64,000 bases of DNA, from positions 32,001-96,000 of the forward strand of contig JAPDJH010000005.1 of NCBI GenBank assembly GCA_029259175.1, given 5' to 3'. The position numbers were made by a program, and so were the translations under genes. The notes beneath the pieces are model-generated. The model was not told the DNA's origin. It did no database searches and was given only the letters and a program-made list of their open reading frames with translations. Numbering within the stretch: position 1 is the first letter of the stretch; every line of letters starts with the position of its first letter. Shown one piece after another: positions 1 to 8,679 of the stretch. The DNA comes from Hadesarchaea archaeon. GTDB taxonomy: Archaea; Hadarchaeota; Hadarchaeia; Hadarchaeales; Hadarchaeaceae.

Positions 1-105
1 AAGCTAGCATACCCCGCGATCGCTGCTGGAGTCGTGCTCGCAGGTATTCTGTTGTGGGTTTTCGCCTCGCTCGGAATAATCTTCATCGAAGGAATAAGCT
101 CCTAA
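1..105 (+). CDS. C-terminal end of a membrane protein (possibly small multidrug export/COG2426-like), truncated by the window edge
   Basis: Frame 1 reads KLAYPAIAAGVVLAGILLWVFASLGIIFIEGISS* ending at TAA 103-105; hydrophobic helix; convergent with NAC. Confidence 0.55.
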   Translation, partial: KLAYPAIAAGVVLAGILLWVFASLGIIFIEGISS

Positions 106-106
106 A

Positions 107-448
107 TCAAGCGGTTTCGGATTTCAGCTTCACAATGGCTTCTGCTAGATCCCCGCCCGTCTCCTTCAATGTCCGCACCACCTGTTCCCGGCTGGCCCCC
201 GTCTGCTCCATCACTAGTTTCACGTCTTCCTCTGCCGGCTCGAACTCGCGTGGGCGTTCCTTTTCCTCTCCTACCACCTGATAGGTGCGTTGACCACCGA
301 ACTCCACCAGCACGACCTGAGCATTAGAAATCACGAGTTCCTTATCGGCCAATCGAATAACGACTTCTTCAACACCTTCGAGCTCCTTACTCTTCATTCC
401 CATCTGGCGCATCAATCGCTCCATCTGCCGCCGGTCCATTCGAAACAT
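107..448 (-). CDS. nac: nascent polypeptide-associated complex protein (archaeal NAC)
   Basis: RQMERLMRQMGM..EVVIR NAC domain and C-terminal UBA-like EEDVKLVMEQTG..GDLAEAI; likely ATG at 448. Confidence 0.93.
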   Translation of the reverse strand: MFRMDRRQMERLMRQMGMKSKELEGVEEVVIRLADKELVISNAQVVLVEFGGQRTYQVVGEEKERPREFEPAEEDVKLVMEQTGASREQVVRTLKETGGDLAEAIVKLKSETA

Positions 449-473
449 CAACTCAACTTCTCTCTCAACCTGT

Positions 474-987
474 TTAAATCCTCCCCGACCCCCTGCGCTT
501 CTGCGCACCTTGCCGGATACTCCTCACCAGTTTGCCGCTCGAACAGGCAAGAATGCCGGCAACGTCCGTCCACCCTTTCACACTTTGCTGTGCCAAGCCT
601 CGAACAATTAAAACTTCTGGAGGTGCGAGCCGAACGGCTGTCCCGAAAAATCGGGCCACCTTGCTCCGTTTTATCGCTTCTAGATCTTCATTCGATCTCG
701 CCATAAGAAATCTGATTCTGAATCCTTCTCTCGCTTCCGCTCGAAAATCTTTCAAATCTCGTCCCGGTCTGTCCACCAATACGAAATCGTGTTTGTAGTC
801 CGCTGAGCAGCTTTTTGATCGACGCCCAGCTCGGAAAAATCAATACCTCTATCTCGCGCGTTGATCGGGGAAGCCCATAATATCCCACCGCCAGCAAGCC
901 CAGCGCACAGCGCTTCGCTTCAGCTTCTCTGAGAACCTTCGCCAACCGCTTGACTACCGCTCGGAAAGCCATTCTTCCACGTCCCAC
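474..987 (-). pseudogene. frameshifted nucleotidyltransferase-like gene
   Basis: ORF 688-987 carries GLLAVGYYGLPRSTREIE (G..A..YG.PR.T.DID-like); ORF 474-779 in another frame carries APPEVLIVRGL..KGWTDVAGIL (PEDLI.K..KD..D-like); frame break near 780-800. Confidence 0.6.
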
Positions 988-992
988 ATACT

Positions 993-1172
993 TCAGATGG
1001 ACTTTCTACGGCCACGTGTTCGAGCTACAGAAATTCCAACTTCCAAGGCGCTGTCCGACAAATCTGCCACTCAGTTGACCGTAACAGAACCCTTCACATC
1101 GCGCAGGGACTCGGCCAACACGCGCACACTTTCCAGCTCCTTATCCCTTATGGGTAGTCTAGACCTCAACAT
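993..1172 (-). pseudogene. small interrupted ORF upstream of the nucleotidyltransferase (putative antitoxin-like partner)
   Basis: ATG 1172 overlaps the PUA gene end; 60 codons with one in-frame TGA at 1071-1073: MLRSRLPIRDKELESVRVLAESLRDVKGSVTVN*VADLSDSALEVGISVARTRGRRKSI*. Confidence 0.3.
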
Positions 1173-1659
1173 TCATTCCTCTCCGTACTCTGACCGCTTG
1201 TCCCGTCTGGAACGCCACCATTTCTTCCCCCGATAGAAGTGCCTTTCCAACTGCCAGAAGTCTGTCTTCCGGATCTACTACAAGCACCTCCTCGCCCGGT
1301 CTTATGGAGCGGTCGGCATCAATCACATGTTTACAAAAAGCCGTGCGCCCCTGCGAGACGAACTCCGCTGCTCTGGTCTCGATCACCACTCTCCGCTTTG
1401 GAAACTCCAAAACACGGTGGAGCACCTCAGCACCCCCGCGGTTGAGTACAATCATGCCATCGTTTGCCCGAATCGAACAGAGGGGGGAACCTCTAAACCA
1501 CACCTGCCGTATTCTCTCACGGCTTTTTCTTAGCTCCACACCCTCCGCAAACAGGGCCGCTCCTACACCGCGTCCAAAGAGGTAATCGGCCATCGCTCGC
1601 AGCTTCTGCAATTCAGCAGGCCCCGCTAGCTCCGAACTCATCGAAAAACGGTTGTTCAT
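1159..1659 (-). CDS. PUA-domain protein; stand-alone C2+PUA part of archaeosine tRNA-guanine transglycosylase
   Basis: LRAMADYLFGRG...DADRSIRPGEEVLVVD..LLAVGKALLSGEEM..GQAVRVRRG matches the arcTGT C-terminus. Confidence 0.88.
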   Translation of the reverse strand: MNNRFSMSSELAGPAELQKLRAMADYLFGRGVGAALFAEGVELRKSRERIRQVWFRGSPLCSIRANDGMIVLNRGGAEVLHRVLEFPKRRVVIETRAAEFVSQGRTAFCKHVIDADRSIRPGEEVLVVDPEDRLLAVGKALLSGEEMVAFQTGQAVRVRRGMNVEV

Positions 1660-2510
1660 CTCCTCCTAAAGTCTTTATCCGAGGTGTCTGCCGGCCCTAC
1701 CAAAACATCTAGCACTACGTGGTTCACCCCGGGAGAATACCGTTTTACCACCCGCTTTTCCAAAAACTCTATTCTTCTTGTCCCCGCAGCTTCTCTCACG
1801 CGCTTCATCGCACGCTCAAAACCCAACCGGCAGGGGGAAGTCTCGTGATAATGAATTATGCCTCCAGAGGGTCTCAGCGTTTTTAAAGCTAGCGGCAGGT
1901 AGAGATGACCTACATGGAGGATCCCCATCACAACGCGATCAGCAACTCCAACAGGAGCCATTTCACGACAATCACCGTAAATAGGAACAACTACGTGTCC
2001 TACCTTGTTTATCCGAATGTTCTCGCAAAGGTAACGATATGCTACCGGATTCTTCTCGATTGCAAAAACGCGTGAGGGGCGTGCGTGCTTCGCTATCTGG
2101 ATTGCGAACTGACCAATGCCCGCGAACAGGTCCACGACCACCTCTCCATCACGAACGAGCTTCGCGACCCTCTGCCTCTCGTAAGTGTTTCCCTTGGAAA
2201 ACATTACGCGAGCAACGTCTAACTTGTAATAGCAACCGTTTTCTTTATGGAGGGTTTCGGTTTGGTTCTCCCCCGCAACCACCTCTACAACCGGTTTGCG
2301 CGCCCATCCATGGATCGGTCCTCTCCTAACAGCGACTGTTCGTACACCTCCAACATCTAACACTGTCGACGCAATGACGGCAGTCCAGGGTTCAAGCTCT
2401 GGAGGCAGAGAGAGTATGGCCACATGGCCAATGTGTTCAAATCCCCGTGGTACTAGCTCAAGCTTGTCCGGTGGCAGTTTATCGGCCAACACTTTTCTGA
2501 GCCAGCTCAT
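1656..2510 (-). CDS. Trm5/Taw2 (Met-10+)-family SAM-dependent tRNA modification enzyme
   Basis: HKENGCYYKLDVARVMFSKGN, VVDLFAGIGQF SAM-binding motif, IEKNP, ADRVVMG. Confidence 0.9.
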   Translation of the reverse strand: MSWLRKVLADKLPPDKLELVPRGFEHIGHVAILSLPPELEPWTAVIASTVLDVGGVRTVAVRRGPIHGWARKPVVEVVAGENQTETLHKENGCYYKLDVARVMFSKGNTYERQRVAKLVRDGEVVVDLFAGIGQFAIQIAKHARPSRVFAIEKNPVAYRYLCENIRINKVGHVVVPIYGDCREMAPVGVADRVVMGILHVGHLYLPLALKTLRPSGGIIHYHETSPCRLGFERAMKRVREAAGTRRIEFLEKRVVKRYSPGVNHVVLDVLVGPADTSDKDFRRR

Positions 2511-3967
2511 CTGGCCTTCTTCCTCTTGCGTCTCCGCTGAGGTCTTTTAACACCTGCTGCCGTCAGGACTTTGCGTCTCACAAAACCATCTATGCGGCGT
2601 TTGAGTCCGGCTTTTCCGGGCTTAAACCAGCTGACAGGAATACTCGCTCCCGCCATGTTGGCGTGTCCTCCCGCATACTCTTCTCCAAAGGCTTCTCGCA
2701 ACAGATTTCCCAAATGAATTGAAGCCAGGCTCGTGCGCGCCGACACATAGAGCCTATCTCTTACCACACCATAGGCAACAACAGTGTTCACTCCTTCTTG
2801 ACCCACCAGTGAATCAGCGACCAACGCTATGGCCTCTCTCGTGTCCACTTCACCCAGATTGGCAAACCGGAAGTCTTCATACACTTTGGATGATTTGAGA
2901 GCCCTCATGAAGAGATCCACATGGTCCGGAATGAGAGTCGGAGAAGTAAGCTTAGCGTAAAGAGTTCGGTCCATGCGCGAGTTGAGGTACTGAAACGCCT
3001 CCATATCGAGAGACGTGAACTGGCGAGCCATCATCATGGTGTCAGTAACCAAGCCCAAGAAAAGAGCTGTCGCGAGTATTGGATCTGGCTCGATTCCAGA
3101 GAGTCTGAGAAAAGTCGTCAAAATCGTTGCGGTGGCTGCCACCGGGGCGATCTCAACAAATATACCACGGACCTCGGATAAAGGAACCGCGTGATGGTCT
3201 ATCACTATGGTGGGGGTTTGATCTGGGGGCAAAGCACAGTTGGCGGGTGTTGAGACATCCACAAGAGCGAACCACCGATATCTAGTGGTCAAATCTACCT
3301 CCGCCGCATTCAAAAGATCCACTCCCAGCAAATTGACCAACGCCCGATTCTGAGGATGACCAATCACTCCATCATAAATCAAATCCGCATCTATGTTCCT
3401 CGCCTTTGCGTAGAGCTTGAGTGCCAGTCCGCTTGCTATACTGTCCGGGTCGGGGTTGGTCTGAAGAATTATCGCCAGCCGACCAAGTTTCCAGTTCTCG
3501 CGTAAAACTTTATCCAAGCGGCGCTCGCTGACCCTCAGCTTTATTTTATCAATCGCGCCAAGAGTTGCCGCGGCCAGCAATTGGTTCGCGGAAAACACCT
3601 CGCTGGCACCAAGTTTCTTGAGTTCTGGACCTTCGGCGTCATCCTCTGCTCTTACGATCACCACCGGATTCAACGGAATGGGTCTCGGCTCACTTTTGAT
3701 AGCATTAAGCGCTGCGAGCACTTTTTTGATTTTTTCAAAATCAGTCAGGTTCACAATTATGACCTCTATGCTCTCCATCCTCACCTGCTGAAAGGGAGAA
3801 GAGGACTTCAAATCCAAAATCAAAGTTTCGTCTTCTTTCATGCCCAAGCGTCTGAGAAGCTCCAGCCTCTTGGGGCTCTCATCCATTACGACCGTATGGA
3901 CCTTGCGTTTCCTGAACTCATCCAGAATAGCAAACCCTAAGTCATCACACCCTATGAGCAGATACAT
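2507..3967 (-). CDS. DHH-family phosphoesterase with N-terminal TrkA_N (RCK) domain
   Basis: N-terminal IGCDDLG Rossmann fold; NPDPDSIAS, IVIDHH, GLVTDT and AGGHANMAGA (DHHA1) motifs. Confidence 0.9.
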   Translation of the reverse strand: MYLLIGCDDLGFAILDEFRKRKVHTVVMDESPKRLELLRRLGMKEDETLILDLKSSSPFQQVRMESIEVIIVNLTDFEKIKKVLAALNAIKSEPRPIPLNPVVIVRAEDDAEGPELKKLGASEVFSANQLLAAATLGAIDKIKLRVSERRLDKVLRENWKLGRLAIILQTNPDPDSIASGLALKLYAKARNIDADLIYDGVIGHPQNRALVNLLGVDLLNAAEVDLTTRYRWFALVDVSTPANCALPPDQTPTIVIDHHAVPLSEVRGIFVEIAPVAATATILTTFLRLSGIEPDPILATALFLGLVTDTMMMARQFTSLDMEAFQYLNSRMDRTLYAKLTSPTLIPDHVDLFMRALKSSKVYEDFRFANLGEVDTREAIALVADSLVGQEGVNTVVAYGVVRDRLYVSARTSLASIHLGNLLREAFGEEYAGGHANMAGASIPVSWFKPGKAGLKRRIDGFVRRKVLTAAGVKRPQRRRKRKKAR

Positions 3968-4046
3968 TCTCTCCGGATATTATGGGCAAGCGATACCTTT
4001 AAAAGGCCTCTACCTATAAAAACTCAGCCAGATTGGGAGGGATTCA

Positions 4047-4304
4047 ATGGAGTTCTGTCCCAAATGCGGAGGAATGATGTTGCCTCAAAAAGTCGGAAAA
4101 AATAAAGTTTTAGTGTGCCAGCGATGTGGCCGGAAGATGAAACCAAAAACGCGTTCGGGATACAGATTCCGGGAAAAAGGGAAGGAAAAAGTGGAAGTGG
4201 GAGTAATAGAGGAAAAGAAGAAAAAGAAGACCAAACCCATCCAGCAGGAATTCGAACTAGAACCCGTAGAGTACTACGAAGAGTTTTTTGAAGAGTCCGG
4301 TTAA
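4047..4304 (+). CDS. TFS/RpoM-like zinc-ribbon protein, N-terminal ribbon only
   Basis: MEFCPKCGGMMLP..LVCQRCG; SD GGAGG upstream; no C-terminal ribbon. Confidence 0.8.
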   Translation: MEFCPKCGGMMLPQKVGKNKVLVCQRCGRKMKPKTRSGYRFREKGKEKVEVGVIEEKKKKKTKPIQQEFELEPVEYYEEFFEESG

Positions 4305-5098
4305 GCTCTCATTCGACCCTGTTCTGCAGCTTCTGCGCAGCGGCACGAGCGTTTCGAAGGGATGTGCTTAATGCTTTCCAGAATCAACCGCTGAGTTTTG
4401 TGTATGTTTTTCTTCATCAACGCCAAGACCTCGGCATGCGAGACCGGCTTTTTCACCAATCCAGCACCATAGTTTGTTACTATTCCGATGGCGGCATAAC
4501 ATATGCCTAGTTCTCGAGCAAGCACGCACTCGGGAATATTGGTCATTCCAACCAAATCAGCGCCTAGGATCTGAAGTGCTTTAATCTCCGCTGGGGTTTC
4601 AAACCGAGGCCCCTCCATACACGCATAAGTGGCTCTGGGATGCACTTTTATTCCCAATCTCCGGGCGGTCTTCTGCAGGACTGCGCGTAGCTCGGGACAG
4701 TAGGGTTCCGTCATGTCAACATGGACGACCCCCGCTTTGCCCCCCTCATAAAACGTCTGAGAACGCGATTTCGTGAAATCAATGAATTGGGTAAGCAATG
4801 CGAGTTCTCCGGGCTTCATTCTTTTGTTCACAGTTCCAGACGCCGTAGTGGCGAGTATGCGCGAAACCCCTAACTTCTTAAGAGCCCAGATATTCGCTCT
4901 ATAGTTTATACGGTGCGGGGGGACTGTGTGCCCTTTCCCATGTCGAGGAAGGAAAGCAACAACGCGATCGTGAACCCGCGCAAGAGCAATCTGGGATACA
5001 CGACCATACGGTGTTGAAATGGACACTTCCTTTAGTTTTTTTACGCTCTCCAGCGAGTAAACTCCAGACCCTCCAATCACCGCGATTTCGGGTCGCAT
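4301..5098 (-). CDS. mtnP: MTAP-family purine nucleoside phosphorylase (likely methylthioinosine/6-oxopurine type)
   Basis: IAVIGGSG, FLPRHG..H..PPH.INYRANIWAL, EGPRFETPAE, VGMT, VTNY. Confidence 0.9.
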   Translation of the reverse strand: MRPEIAVIGGSGVYSLESVKKLKEVSISTPYGRVSQIALARVHDRVVAFLPRHGKGHTVPPHRINYRANIWALKKLGVSRILATTASGTVNKRMKPGELALLTQFIDFTKSRSQTFYEGGKAGVVHVDMTEPYCPELRAVLQKTARRLGIKVHPRATYACMEGPRFETPAEIKALQILGADLVGMTNIPECVLARELGICYAAIGIVTNYGAGLVKKPVSHAEVLALMKKNIHKTQRLILESIKHIPSKRSCRCAEAAEQGRMRA

Positions 5099-5143
5099 CT
5101 AAACTTTCTTAAAGGAGTTGGTTAAAAGTGTTCCGACAAAAAA

Positions 5144-5950
5144 CTATCTGCCAAACCTGCGCTCCCGTGCTTGATAATTTCGAATCGCTCTCAAAAACTC
5201 GAGTTTGGTAAACTCGGGCCAATTGGCTTCGCAGAAATAGAACTCGGAATACGCGGACTGCCACAACAGAAAGCCGCTTAATCGCTCTTCTCCACTCGTT
5301 CGGATTATGAGATCTGGATCCGGAAGGCCCGCTGTGTAAAGATTCTGCTCAATCAATTTTTCATTCACTTGATCTGGCTTGAGCTCTCCTCGCTCGATTC
5401 GCTCACAAATCTTTCTCACAGCATGGGCCAGCTCCGCACGCCCGCCGTAACCAATAGCGATGTTGAGAGTATGTCCATCGTAACCGCTTGTTGCTTTTTG
5501 TGCAATTTCTACCGCTTCGCGCACATCGCTGGGGAGCTTGTTCAAATCCCCTATGACCCGAATACGAACCTTGTATTTGTGAACCCGCTCGTCCGCTGCC
5601 GCCTGTTTAAATCTTTCTGCGAAAAGCTTCATCAACGCGCTCACCTCCTCGGGAGACCTCCGAAAGTTCTCTGTTGAAAACGCATATACTGTAACGTGCT
5701 TTATGCCCAGTTCCTGACACCACTCGAGTACCTCTTCGAGCTTGTTGGCTCCTCTCACGTGCCCTGCCACGGGGGGGAGTCCCTGTTTAGAAGCGAATCG
5801 TCTGTTCCCATCTAAAATGATTCCCACGTGTTTTGGTACGCGACCGTGTGCTTTAATTTCTGCTAACAATTGACGCTCATAAGCTCTTGTTATGATACGC
5901 CGCAACCGGGGAATTCCTAGCAACCGGGCTAGGGGGATCTGTTCTATCAT
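5144..5950 (-). CDS. uppS: cis-polyprenyl diphosphate synthase
   Basis: PKHVGIILDGNRRFA, YAFSTENFRR, PDLIIRTSGEERLSGFLLWQSAYSE. Confidence 0.96.
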   Translation of the reverse strand: MIEQIPLARLLGIPRLRRIITRAYERQLLAEIKAHGRVPKHVGIILDGNRRFASKQGLPPVAGHVRGANKLEEVLEWCQELGIKHVTVYAFSTENFRRSPEEVSALMKLFAERFKQAAADERVHKYKVRIRVIGDLNKLPSDVREAVEIAQKATSGYDGHTLNIAIGYGGRAELAHAVRKICERIERGELKPDQVNEKLIEQNLYTAGLPDPDLIIRTSGEERLSGFLLWQSAYSEFYFCEANWPEFTKLEFLRAIRNYQARERRFGR

Positions 5951-5999
5951 CTCACTACTTCTTATGCATCTTGTAAGAAAAAAATTTATTCTTTGGACA

Positions 6000-8657
6000 T
6001 TACAGATATCTCTCGCGATCGGGTTTCGAACGCAACGCCGCCTGTGCTGCGGCCAACCGAGCCACGGGAATACGGAATGGAGAACACGACACGTAATTCA
6101 AGCCTATCTCGTGGCAAAACTCTATAGATTCGGGATCTCCCCCGTGTTCTCCACATATCCCGATTTCCAGATCCGGCCGGCGTTTTCTCCCCAGCTCCAC
6201 AGCGATACGCATCAGCTTCCCTACCCCCACCCGATCCAACACCTGGAAGGGATCATTGGACAAAATCCGCTTCTCCACGTACTGGAACAAGAAGCTGCGC
6301 TCAGCGTCATCACGAGAAAAAGCAAAAGTCATTTGAGTGAGGTCATTCGTGCCGAAAGAGAAGAACTCAGCGTGCTCAGCGATCTCGTCTGCGGTAAGGG
6401 CTGCGCGCGGAACTTCTATCATCGTGCCAAACTTGTACTCGACCTTCACCCCGTACTGTTCCATCACCTCGCGCGCAACACGTTCCAACTGCTCTCTCAC
6501 TACTTTCAGTTCGTTCACATGGGAAACGAGCGGAATCATGATTTCTGGCCGAGGATTCTTGCCCTCCCGCCTTAGTTCACATGCAGCTTCCATGATTGCC
6601 CTAACTTGCATCTCGTTTATTTCTGGTCTCGTTATACCAAGTCGGCACCCGCGCAACCCCATCATCGGGTTCGCTTCCCGCATCTCCTCCACCCGCTTGA
6701 GCAGCTCTTCTACCTCCTTTAGCTTCTCTTTGTCACCGCTGAGTTTTCTTGTGAGCACTTCTTCAAGCAGCTTCTCGTATCGTGGTAAGAACTCGTGCAA
6801 TGGTGGATCCAGCAAACGTATCACGACCGGCAGACCATCCATTATCCGCAGGATTTCCTTAAAGTCGGATTTCTGGAACTGTTGAAGAGTTTTCAGCAGT
6901 TCTCTTCTTTTCTCTGGCGACTCTTCTAGAATCACCTCGCGGAATATGGGCAATCTCTCCGGCTCGAAAAACATGTGCTCCGTACGGCAGAGCCCTATCC
7001 CCTGAGCCCCGAGTTCTCTGGCCTTCTGGGCGTCGCGCGGATAGTCGGCATTGGCCCAGTTCTCCAACCGCTTCACTTCGTCGCACCACTGCAGAAGAGT
7101 CAACAGTTCCTTGGAAAACCCGGGCTCGATGAGTGGGGCTTCGCCTAAAATCACGTCTCCAGTCGTTCCATTGATGGTTATCAGGTCCCCTTCCTTGATT
7201 ACCATATCACCGACGCGTATCTCTTTCTTCTCCAAATCGATGTCTAGCGCCTCACATCCAACGACAGCTGGTTTTCCGAGCCCTCGTGTCACAACAGCTG
7301 CATGACTTGTCATCCCCCCTCGCGACGTAAGCACACCCTGCGATGCTATGATTCCGCCCACGTCGTCGGGATTCGTCTCCGGGCGAACCAAAATGACCTT
7401 CTCCCCCTGCTCTCCCAATTCCTTGGCCCGCTCCGAATCAAACACAACTTTACCTACGGCTGCACCTGGACTCGCGTTGAGGCCTTTTGCAATAATCTTC
7501 ACTCTGGCTTTGGGGTCTACTTGTTTGTGTAGTAACTGGATCAGTTGGGCCGGTTCAATCCGAAGAATGGCCTCTTCACGCGTTATCAGACCTTCGGTCG
7601 CCATGTCAACGGCTATCTTCACGGCCGCTTGAGCTGTGCGCTTTCCGGTCCGTGTCTGCAACATGTAGAGCTTTCCACGTTCGACTGTAAACTCCATGTC
7701 CTGCATGTCACGATAGTATTGCTCCAGCTTATCGGAGATCTCGACCAGTTGGCTGTAAATCTCTGGCCAGCGTTGCTGGAGTTCGGAAATCTTTAGAGGA
7801 GTGCGTATGCCTGCCACAACATCTTCGCCTTGGGCATTAAACAAAAACTCTCCATACAATCCCTTTTCGCCAGTGGCGGGGTTCCGGGTGAACGCAACAC
7901 CCGTGCCCGAGTCCTCACCCATGTTTCCGAAAACCATGGTCACGATGTTCACAGCGGTGCCCAAATCGTGCGGGATTTTGTAGAAGTTTCTGTATTCTAT
8001 GGCCCGCTTATTGTTCCACGATTTGAAAACCGCTGCTATCGCCAACTCCAATTGTTTCCAAGGATCTGTCGGGAACTCTTGGCCCGTCTCTTTCGCGACC
8101 AGTTTCTTGAACTCCTTTACGATTCCCTCCAAATCCTTAGCAGAGAGATCCGTGTCTTTTTCCGCGCCTACTTTTTTCTTCCAGCTTTCAAAAATCTCGT
8201 CGAATTTTTCGCCCGGAATACCGAGCACGACTTTTCCGAACATATGGATAAAACGACGATACGAATCATATGCAAAACGTTCATTTTTGGTTTGCTTAAT
8301 AAGGCCCTGAACCGTTTCGTCGTTCAGGCCCAAGTTGAGGATAGTATCCATCATGCCTGGCATAGAAAGCATTGCCCCGGAACGAACCGAAACCAGCAAA
8401 GGGTTTGTAGGATCTCCGAACTTTTTACCAGTCAAGTCTTCCAATTTCTTCATTGCCTGCTTCACTTCGTCCATCAGTCCCTCCGGTAGCTGTTCGCCGA
8501 GTTCATAGTATTTTCGGCACACCTCAGTGGTTATGACAAAGCCCGGCGGTACCGGGATGCCCAGTTGCGTCATTGCACAGAGACCAGCACCCTTTCCTCC
8601 TAACAAACGCTTATTGGAAGGATCGCCCTCGTCATAGAAATACAGGTTTTTACTCAT
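6000..8657 (-). CDS. ppdK: pyruvate, phosphate dikinase
   Basis: LLGGKGAGL, SVRSGA..SMPGMMDT, GGMTSHAAVV phospho-His, GIGLCRTEHMF, FSFGTNDLTQ, ICGEHGG; start ATG 8657 or TTG 8675. Confidence 0.98.
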   Translation of the reverse strand: MSKNLYFYDEGDPSNKRLLGGKGAGLCAMTQLGIPVPPGFVITTEVCRKYYELGEQLPEGLMDEVKQAMKKLEDLTGKKFGDPTNPLLVSVRSGAMLSMPGMMDTILNLGLNDETVQGLIKQTKNERFAYDSYRRFIHMFGKVVLGIPGEKFDEIFESWKKKVGAEKDTDLSAKDLEGIVKEFKKLVAKETGQEFPTDPWKQLELAIAAVFKSWNNKRAIEYRNFYKIPHDLGTAVNIVTMVFGNMGEDSGTGVAFTRNPATGEKGLYGEFLFNAQGEDVVAGIRTPLKISELQQRWPEIYSQLVEISDKLEQYYRDMQDMEFTVERGKLYMLQTRTGKRTAQAAVKIAVDMATEGLITREEAILRIEPAQLIQLLHKQVDPKARVKIIAKGLNASPGAAVGKVVFDSERAKELGEQGEKVILVRPETNPDDVGGIIASQGVLTSRGGMTSHAAVVTRGLGKPAVVGCEALDIDLEKKEIRVGDMVIKEGDLITINGTTGDVILGEAPLIEPGFSKELLTLLQWCDEVKRLENWANADYPRDAQKARELGAQGIGLCRTEHMFFEPERLPIFREVILEESPEKRRELLKTLQQFQKSDFKEILRIMDGLPVVIRLLDPPLHEFLPRYEKLLEEVLTRKLSGDKEKLKEVEELLKRVEEMREANPMMGLRGCRLGITRPEINEMQVRAIMEAACELRREGKNPRPEIMIPLVSHVNELKVVREQLERVAREVMEQYGVKVEYKFGTMIEVPRAALTADEIAEHAEFFSFGTNDLTQMTFAFSRDDAERSFLFQYVEKRILSNDPFQVLDRVGVGKLMRIAVELGRKRRPDLEIGICGEHGGDPESIEFCHEIGLNYVSCSPFRIPVARLAAAQAALRSKPDRERYL

Positions 8658-8679
8658 GTTCTCTCTACTCACCAAGTTG

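Noticed and set aside
1071-1073. In-frame TGA as selenocysteine
   Set aside because: No redox motif context or recognisable SECIS, and the adjacent gene is also disrupted, so decay is the simpler explanation.
5892-8489. Long antisense ORFs over ppdK (and similar ones over atpA/B, trpS and the antiporters)
   Set aside because: Shadow ORFs of well conserved genes with no independent motifs.
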